Below, one piece after another: positions 56,159-64,000 of a stretch of 64,000 bases of DNA (positions are counted from its first letter, which is position 1; each line of letters starts with the position of its first letter). Location: positions 1-64,000 of the forward strand of contig JAVKOQ020000060.1 of assembly GCA_031835245.2 (NCBI GenBank), written 5' to 3'. The notes beneath the pieces are model-generated. The model had not been told where the DNA came from and ran no database searches. It saw only the letters and a list, made by a program, of their open reading frames with translations. Origin of the DNA: Balamuthia mandrillaris. Its lineage: Eukaryota. The translations under genes and the position numbers were made by a program.

Positions 56159-59100
56159 ATGCAAAGCTCTAAAAAGACTCTCACGATTACAGGTTTGATT
56201 TTTTAAAAACAACCGCTCTTCATTTTTCGATTCATGTTTTTTTTTTGATACTTGACCTCTCCTTCGATTCTTTTGTGTGTGGTTTTTTGGTGATCTCAAA
56301 CTTACTCTAACTATGGAAAAAAAATAGTGGAGGGAGGAAGGAAGCTCTCGCGACAAAAAGCAAACTGTTACTGCGAGGTAACGGTGCTGGATAAGAAAGG
56401 AGAGAAGCTGTGCAAGCCTAAGAACACCAAAGTCCTCAAAGGATCGAACCCCGAGTGGCGGCAAAGCCTTACCTTGTTCGTTGCTCTCTCCTCTCTCTCT
56501 ATTTTTTTTGTTTTTTTTTTTTGTTTTTTTTCTCGCTTCTCTTTTCTATCTCTTGCTTCTCTATTCTCATCTTGCTTTCTCTCTACTTCTCTCCTCATTT
56601 CTTCTCTGCTTCTCTCTTTCTCTTCTCTTCTCTCTCTGCTGCTCCTCCGCTTCGCTTCGCTTCTTTCTTCTCTTCTCGCTCTTCTCGCTTTGAACAGTGC
56701 TTTGGCTGCCTCCGAGTTCACAGGCTTGATAGTGCGTTGTTGGGACAAACACACGTTCAGAAGGGACGTGTTCATGGGACAAATCACCATCAAGTTTAAC
56801 ACAGAGCTATTGGAAGGACAAGACTCCATCGACCAGTGGTTCCCATTGAACAAGAGCGGAGGGAAGAAGAAAGAGAACGTTTCCGGAGATATTCGTTTGA
56901 AGATACAATACGGAGGAGGAAAAGACAAAGGCGGTAGCAGCAGCAAAGACAAAGAAAAAGAGGAGGAGGAAGAGGAGGAAGAGGAGGAGAATGCTCGCGC
57001 CAACGCTAAGAAGAACAACTTGAAAGTTTCTGGAAAGTGGCACGAAAAGGATCAGGAACTGGTTAAGTCAGCTTTAGTGGTGGTGGACGAGGATGACACG
57101 CCCAGCTATCACTCTGGTGATGACGACGATGCAGACTATGAGAGCAACAGAAAGGGTCCTTCTCATGCCGCACTTGACAAACTGCTCAAGGATTCTAAAC
57201 TTACTTTTGCTAACAAAAATTTGGAGGTACCTTTTGTTTCATGCTATTGTGTTTTCTCATGTTCTCGTTTTTGTTATTTGCTGTTTGTAACGTTGACACT
57301 CTTTTTATACTTTCAAAACAAAACAAAGGTAACCAACGCAAACACATCTGGTTATGGTTGGGAGTATGCCAAAGGAAATGTTAGGGTGAGTGGTGGCAAA
57401 TGGTATTACGAAGCGGTCATGAGCAGCTATGGACAGATGATGGTTGGCTGGTGTACCGATGACTATGACCCCACTGTACGTTTCTTTCCCTTAAAATTAT
57501 CTCTGCCTCTTCTTATAATCCTTTATAATCCTTTCTATCTTGTTTTCTATCGTTATTACGTATGTTTCTTCTTTTTTATGTTTTCTGTTTGCTGTTTCTT
57601 TTTTTCCTCTTTCTTTTGTTCTTTTTCTGTTTTTGTTCATCCAAAAACAGAAAAATACCGGCGAGGCGTGGAGCTACGACATCACCAACCAACGCACTCA
57701 ACGTGGCGGCGGACAAACCCAAAGCTATGGTGACCATTGCTCCTCTGGTGATGTCATCAGTTGCACCTTCGATGTGGATGCCAACAACATCACCTTCTAC
57801 AGGAATGGAACCAGCCTAGGAGAGGCATTCACCGACGCCACCTCTCCCTCTCCTGACACTCGGCTCCGCCCTTTTGTGGCTCTGGGCAGAAACACGAAGG
57901 CCAGGTTCAACTTTGGAAGAGATACATTCGCGCATGCTAATATTGTGCCGGATGGATATCATCCGCTGCATTGTAAGCTGTCAGAGGCGCAAATTAAGGA
58001 GTTGAGCAAACTATTTAACGAGTACAGAGGTATGCTTCTCGTTCTTCTACTCCAATGTTCTTCTGCTTTGTCTAAATTGTTTTACTTATTATTTCTTCTG
58101 GCATTCAGCGGCGGGAATCGATTTGAGTGAAAGTGCAGAGGATGTAGGAGACATAATACAAGGCAACGGTGCGCTTAAGTACCAAGAAGATATGGGAGCC
58201 ACTGATGACGAAGACCCACTCATGATGGTCGTTGCCTGGAAGCTGAACTGCCAAATCACTTGGGAGATAACACGACAAGAGTTTGTGGACGGCTGGGCTA
58301 TTTATGGGTTACTTTCTGCTCTCTCTTTCTCTCTGTTCTCTCTGCTCTCTCCTCTCTGCTCTCTCTCTCTCCCTCTCTGCTCTCTCCTCTCTGCTCTCTG
58401 CTCTCTCCTCTCTGCTCTCTCCTCTCTGCTCTCCTCTCTGCCTCTCTGCTCTCTGCTCTCTGCTCTCTGCCTCTGCTCTCCTCTCCCTCTCCCTTCCCTC
58501 TCCTCTCTCCTCTCTCTCCTCTCTCCTCTCTCTCCTCTCTCTCCTCTCTCCTCTCTCCCTCTCTGCTCTCTGCCTCTGCTCTCTGCTCTCTCCCTCTGCC
58601 TCTGCTCTCTCCTCTCCTCTCTCTCCTCTCTGCTCTCTCTCCTCTCTGCCTCTGCTCCTCTCTCTCCTCTGCTCTCCTCTCTGCTCTCTCCTCTCTCCTC
58701 TCTCCTCTCTCTTCTCTCCTCTCTGCTCATTCTCTCTTTTCTCTCTGTCCTCTACTCTCTCTCTTTCTCTCTCTCTCTCTCTAGGTTCGCTAAACGCTCA
58801 TTCTCAAAATATTCATTTTTCTTAAAAAAAGTTGTCATACATTGAAGCAAATGAAAGACAAAGCGGCCGAATGGAAGAAAGACATTGAGGGCGACGGTCC
58901 CTTCCAATCCTTCTATTACTTTGTGTTTGACTATCTTCGAGGCGAGAAGAAGATCCTCATGACAGAAGAAGCAGAGCTAGTCTGGGACATGCTACTTAAG
59001 CCAAGAGGATGGCAGCTCTATGGCAGCTGGTTGGAGTTTTTGCACAAGAAGGAGAAGAAGGCCATTTCCAGGGACGTTTGGCAGCAATTACTCGAGTTCC

Positions 59101-59355
59101 GTAAAGCCTATTCCAAAGATCTTTCTGAGTATGATGAAATGGGTACGTTTGGCTCATTATTCGCTTCTCTTTCTCTTTCTCTCGCTCTCTCTCTCTCGCT
59201 CTCTTTTCGTTCTCTCTTTTCTGTTTCTTTGTTTTTTCTATTCGAATTGACACAGATATTTGGGGTTACCAATAGCTGCATGGCCGCTTATCTTTGATGA
59301 GTTTGTGGAATGGCACAAAGGAGATGGAGAGGGCGACGGTGCCCCTATGTATTAA
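56159..59355 (+). CDS. C2 - SPRY - DCN1 (PONY/cullin-binding) fusion protein
   Basis: One spliced frame. C2: TKVLKGSNPEW...CWDKHTFRRDVFMG. SPRY: GKWYYE...MVGW...SWSYD-like AWSYD...GDVISC...FYRNG...FNFG. DCN1: VAWKLNC...ITRQEFVDGW...FYYFVFDY...AISRDVWQQLLEF...YDEMAAWPLIFDEFVEW. Confidence 0.88.
58312..58782 (+). repeat. Degenerate CTCTGCT/CTCTCCT pyrimidine minisatellite in an intron of the DCN1 gene
   Basis: About 470 nt almost devoid of A, built from 5-9 nt CT(G)CT units. Confidence 0.9.
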
Positions 59356-59515
59356 TATTAACCATTTTTATCGAGACGTAATGAACCGATAGAAGCTCTG
59401 TCTTTAGAAAGGAGCTTTGATAAGGTCAGAAGTAAATATTTCGTCTTTTCTGTTTATGTTTTTGTTGTTTTCTTGTCATTTTCTTTTTTCTTTACAACGG
59501 CAACAAAAAGTGTAT

Positions 59516-60659
59516 TTAGTAAGGCAGAAAAGTAGAGTTCTCTTTTCCCAGTTCGATCTGCCACTGAGCCCACGACATTATATCAAGCGAGTTGGAGCCT
59601 CTCAAATACTTCTCGTATTGGATGAGTTGATCTTTTAGATGTCGATGCGGCCCAATGATGGGTCTTCGCTGCTTGACGAACCACCATGCCTCCTTCAGGC
59701 TCATTCCTTCTCGGGCCATCAGGTACGCCACCACTAATGATGTGGAACGTGAACGTCCTCTCATGCAGTGAACCAAACATGCTTCTTCCGCTTCTATCTC
59801 CAATTCTTCCTCTTGTTCTTGTTGTTGGCTTTCTATCTCTATTTCGTCTGTTTCGCTTTCGTCGATTTCTTCTGATTCTCTGTCCTTATGTGCACCACCA
59901 TCTTCTGTGTTGTGTTGTTCGTTGTTTTTCCTCTGTTTGTTGGTTTTGCGTTGTTGAAACTGAGTCCGTAGGTTATCTATCGGTTGTGATCAGCCATTAG
60001 CCCAGTTGTTTTTCTTTCCTCTTCTCGTTTCACCATCACTTCAAGAGCAGAGAGAGAGAGAGAGAACAAACCAATAACAGCAAAACACTCTTCAAAGACG
60101 TCCCAAGTGTTCTCCATATCATCAATGAATATTTTATGTTGGTGCAGTTCCCACTCTTCCTCTTCCTCCTCGTCGTTCGTCTTGTGTGCCAGCTCTCCGC
60201 ATTCAGGCGCCACTGTTAACACCTTCCTATTGTTTTTTCCACTTTCTTAGTGGTTGGTCCATAACAAAACAACAGCAAGGTGAAAAACAAAAACAAGATA
60301 AATACGTTATTCTGTGTTCTTTCAATGTTGGCAAATGAGCGGCATTATAGTAGGAACTTATAGGAGAACAAAGAAAGCGGTTAGAGATATCCCAAAAAAC
60401 AAAACGGCTAACGAACAACGAACCCCAAGTAAAGGTACGGAAGGATGCGCGTCGGAGGACCCCACGTCTCCATGCCGCGGACGACCTCCTCGCCGGTGGG
60501 AGGAGGAGGCAGCCGAACTTGCTGAATCCACAACCTGACCATTTCCTTGCGGCTCTCTTCTTCCAACTCCTCGTTCTTTGTCTTTGCTTGCATGATGTTG
60601 GCGCTTTCTTCGTTGGTATTCTTCTTTTTACCAAACAAAAGGGACCACATGGCTCTCAT
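59516..60659 (-). CDS. Dual-specificity protein phosphatase (atypical DUSP-like), 3 introns
   Basis: PTRILPYLYLGS, LKEHRITKVLTVA, IDD, active site VHCMRGRSRSTSLVVAYLM, VKQRRPIIGP. Confidence 0.92.
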
Positions 60660-60805
60660 TTTTTTCGGCTGTCACAAAAGGAGCGCAAGAGGTAATGCTC
60701 CCTTCTCCCTTTTCTTCTCTCTTTCTCGAGAAGTCGTTTTCAGTTATTTAAATTTTTGTCGACGGATTGGAATTTCAAGAATGTGAAGCACGCAATAGAA
60801 TGCAG

Positions 60806-60813
60806 TGACGTCA
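60806..60813. promoter_or_regulatory. CRE/ATF palindrome TGACGTCA in the divergent DUSP/DEP promoter
   Basis: Perfect palindrome about 150 nt upstream of the DUSP start. TGACGT half-sites recur in other intergenic regions. Confidence 0.35.
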
Positions 60814-61510
60814 GCTAATTTCCTTAATTTGGTCAGCTTATGTCAGTATTTACTTAATTTGGTAGTCTTTACTTTATTTGGGAAACAACTATATATAAAA
60901 GGACATATCTTAGATTTTCCGATATATTGATCTTTGCTATAAAAAGAAATTTTCGCTATAAAAAATAAAAAATTCTAAAAAACATTACTAGCTTTCGCCT
61001 TGCTCGAAGCGAAACTTTTAGCTGTTGCTATTCGTGCCCATCCTTAAAATAAACCTCCCCCCTTTTTTTCCTGATCCCTGGACGAACGAAAAAGGGGCGT
61101 GAGACCAAGGCTATTGCCGGAAGAGCAGAGGGATTTTTTTTTTTTTTGTAACGGTTAAGGGGGGTTTGGTGCGTTTTTTGTGCGTGCACCAACGGACTTG
61201 TTTTTCCTTTTTTTGTGGGCTTTTGTGTGTTGTTTCTCTCCCTCCAATACTTCAAGGAAAGAAACACACAGGCACCCACCCCACTCATCCTATTTTTGTA
61301 TTGGTTTTATATTTATTAAAATAGCCTTTTTTTTAAAATAGAACACAATAACAGAAAGAAATAAAAGAAACAAAGCAGGAGGGTTCTTTGCTGACTCGCA
61401 ACAACCCAGTCAACTACTCTCTTTTTTTGTTTTTTTTTTTGTTACTTTCTTCTCCATTTATTATAGGAACGAATCAATTTTGACAAAAGAGAGGTTGTTT
61501 TTTTTTTTGA

Positions 61511-63071
61511 ATGGATCACCTCTCTGTGCCCGATCCGCTATCGACTTCTTCGCCTACGCATCAACGACGAAGCTCCTTCTCGGCCGCCTCGTCCTCTATG
61601 AAGGAAGGAGGCTCCGGGTCGGGCTCAAAACGAGGCAGCAGAGCGAGCCGTACCAAAGCCAAAGCCCTTCAATTATTTACTCCTCGAAATACTTCTTCTT
61701 CATCCAAAGACTCTTCTTCTTCGTTCGCCTCTCTCTCCTCTGAAACCATTTCTTCTTCTTCTGCCTCGTCCTCCACTCTGGAAGAACCGGTCGTCCTTTC
61801 CGTGACCTCGACGCCGTCCATCCTCGTCGACAATGCGGAGGAAACGCCCAGCCTCAACGCCCACCCCAGCAAGCAACCACAAAACCGCTTTCGTTTGATG
61901 CGAAAGAAGGCGAAAACGATCAACCTCGGAAATAATGCTACTAACAACAGCAGTAGCAATAGCTTCAGCGACTCTGGTAGCGACTCGGGCTCGTCGGGCT
62001 CTGGAGTAGTAAGCCCTGGAAGGTTGAGGCCCAGCTCCCTCAGAACCAATCCGATCAGCACCAACGTCAACAAAAAGAGCTCAAGCAGCAGCAGCAGCAG
62101 CAACAAAAAGGCAAGCGAGAAAGCGAACACCGAACGCGAAAAGAAGAAAGAGCGAAGAACTCTTTCGGCCGTTTTCACCGACGACGTCAACAACGACGAA
62201 GACAAAGAGAAGCCCAACAAGAACAACAAGAAGAAGAGCAACAACAGCAAGAACAACAGAAAAGCAAAGAGGTCATCCACCGCAGCGGCGACGATGTTGT
62301 CCGTCTCCCCAAAGACCAATTGGAGGGCGTTGGACCTGAGCGTGTCCTCGGCGACGGCCGCTTCGGCTGCCGCCAAAGCCGATGTCTATCGCGTTGGTTG
62401 GACGCTGGACTCATCGTCCGCTTCCTCCTCCTCCGCGGCTTCTTCCTCTGCCTCTTCCGCGACCGCTTCCTCTGCCTCTGAAAACGAGGAAGAGAACGAA
62501 CAGGAGGAAAACGAGGAGGAGGAAAACGAGGACGAGCCGGAAGAGGAGGAAGAAGAAGTCACAACGAAAAAGAAAAAGAAGCAACAGAAGCCGACACCCA
62601 GAAAGAAACTGGAAGCCGAAGAACAACGACAAAGCGAAAAGCTGAAACAGAAAGAGAAAGACGAACAGGAGGAGGAGGAGGAGGAGGACAAAGGAGAGAA
62701 CTTGGAGGCCTACATCAACATAGTGGTGGTAGAGCTGAAGACCAGGAAGGAGCGCATTCGCGATATGCAGCAGCAACTCACCGACAAGGAGAATGCCATC
62801 AAGAAGCTGCAACAGGAGCATGCAGTCATGAAGCAAGGGCTGGAGAAAGAAGAGGCTGAGTACAAGGAGCTAGAGGTGTTGCTTGCGCGAAAGGAAAAAC
62901 AGAAGCAGAAACGAGATAAGGAGAAGGATAAGCAGAGAAGGCTGTTGCAGCATCAGGACAGCAGCATCTCTCTGACCTCCTCCTTGTCTTCTATCCCTTG
63001 TCACTCCACCATCAAAAAGATTGTTGAGGGAACGGATAAGCTGCCGCGTTCTATTTCAGAGGAAGAGGTTT

Positions 63072-63106
<35 letters not shown>

Positions 63107-63398
63107 GTCCCATTCATTCTTCTCATTTGGCAACCAAAACAGTTAATGCACTTTTGGAGGACGTTCCGTCATCAAGTGCCTTTGCAGCAGCGTCGCTATC
63201 ACGACACAGTCTATCAGGACGCCTTTGTCGGGTCCGAGGCCGTTGACTGGATCATCGCCAACTGGACCAGAGACAAGCTGGAGCGTCGCCAGGCCGTTTG
63301 GTTGGGCAACTGCGTGATGCTGACTGGTGGCTTTAGGCACGTGGCTGAGAGTTGTGCTTTTATGGATGCCAACACTTATTATATTTTCACTGTACGTT

Positions 63399-63429
<31 letters not shown>

Positions 63430-63552
63430 TGATTGTTTTTCTTTGTTGCTCTTATTCATTCGTTATGAAACAAACTCTTTAGGATGCGGAATGCAAATAC
63501 CCAGCTCAACAGTTAAAGCCATTTACAGGTCTTTTGCAAATCAAAGGTTTGT

Positions 63553-63586
<34 letters not shown>

Positions 63587-64000
63587 TCTCTCTCTCTCAT
63601 TAACACGAACTGTGCTGTTATACTTTTTTAACAAACAGAGATAGAGTTGCATGACCTTAACAAAAAGGACTATAAGTCTATTAACTTTTACTGCGAGCAT
63701 CAAAGGTATCGGATAAAGGAATGGTCCAAGGGCGTGTGCATGTATTTGTACGTATTTACTCTGAGCTATCCGTTTCTCTGTCTGAACCTTTCTCTTACTT
63801 AACAAAACAACGCCAATAACCAGCATCGTATGGAGGTCAAACGCAGAGCTGAGAGTGGTGGTAAAGAAAAAAGCAGGCCCAGTCAGAGACAGAGTATTAA
63901 CAGCAGTGCATATCCCGTTGCACGTTTTGACGGTGGGAGAGGTCTATGACGATTGGCACAACCTTTACATCAGTAGCAAGCGACGGACCTCCGCTGCCTT
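61511..64000 (+). CDS. Low-complexity/coiled-coil protein with a DEP domain and a following C2-like domain; runs off the window
   Basis: DEP: RRYHDTVYQDAFVGSEAVDWII...AVWLG...FRHV...FMDANTYYIF. Last exon (not in the ORF track) AELRVVVKKKAGPVRDRVLTAVHIPLHVLTVGEVYDDWHNL resembles the end of a C2 domain. Confidence 0.78.

Noticed and set aside
58260..58825. Leu/Ser/Cys-rich ORFs and a possible spaced-repeat array
   Set aside because: Degenerate pyrimidine minisatellite within a GT-AG intron, with no unique spacers or cas genes.

Overview
Gene-dense (about 24 genes in 64 kb), intron-rich eukaryotic DNA with short GT-AG introns (two probable GC-AG) full of sense-strand CT/T microsatellites. Gene content and intron style suggest a free-living amoebozoan (Acanthamoeba/Balamuthia-like; inference only). 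Recognisable genes after splicing by eye: inositol polyphosphate kinase (3' end), USP protein, SAM methyltransferase, MTA/SAH-deaminase-like amidohydrolase, PSMG3, RAD1, an alsin-like GEF, UNG, glutaredoxin, choline/ethanolamine kinase, UBC4, RING-H2 E3, MRI1 and a dual-specificity phosphatase. The most striking feature is a tandem pair (17941-26681) of receptor kinases: signal peptide, bacterial-style FG-GAP (integrin-alpha-like) propeller, one TM helix and an HRDIAARN tyrosine-kinase-type domain. Their N-terminal propeller halves are strongly diverged, while the rest, including an intron, is nearly identical, as expected from gene conversion. Other unusual architectures: a C2-SPRY-DCN1 fusion, a CH-CH/ER-K helix/C2 protein beside a short vinculin-like gene, a NECAP-PHear-like fusion, a poly-SAM protein and a DEP-C2 protein. 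No rRNA, tRNA, CRISPR or transposon was recognised. All domain calls are motif recognition by eye, not search results.
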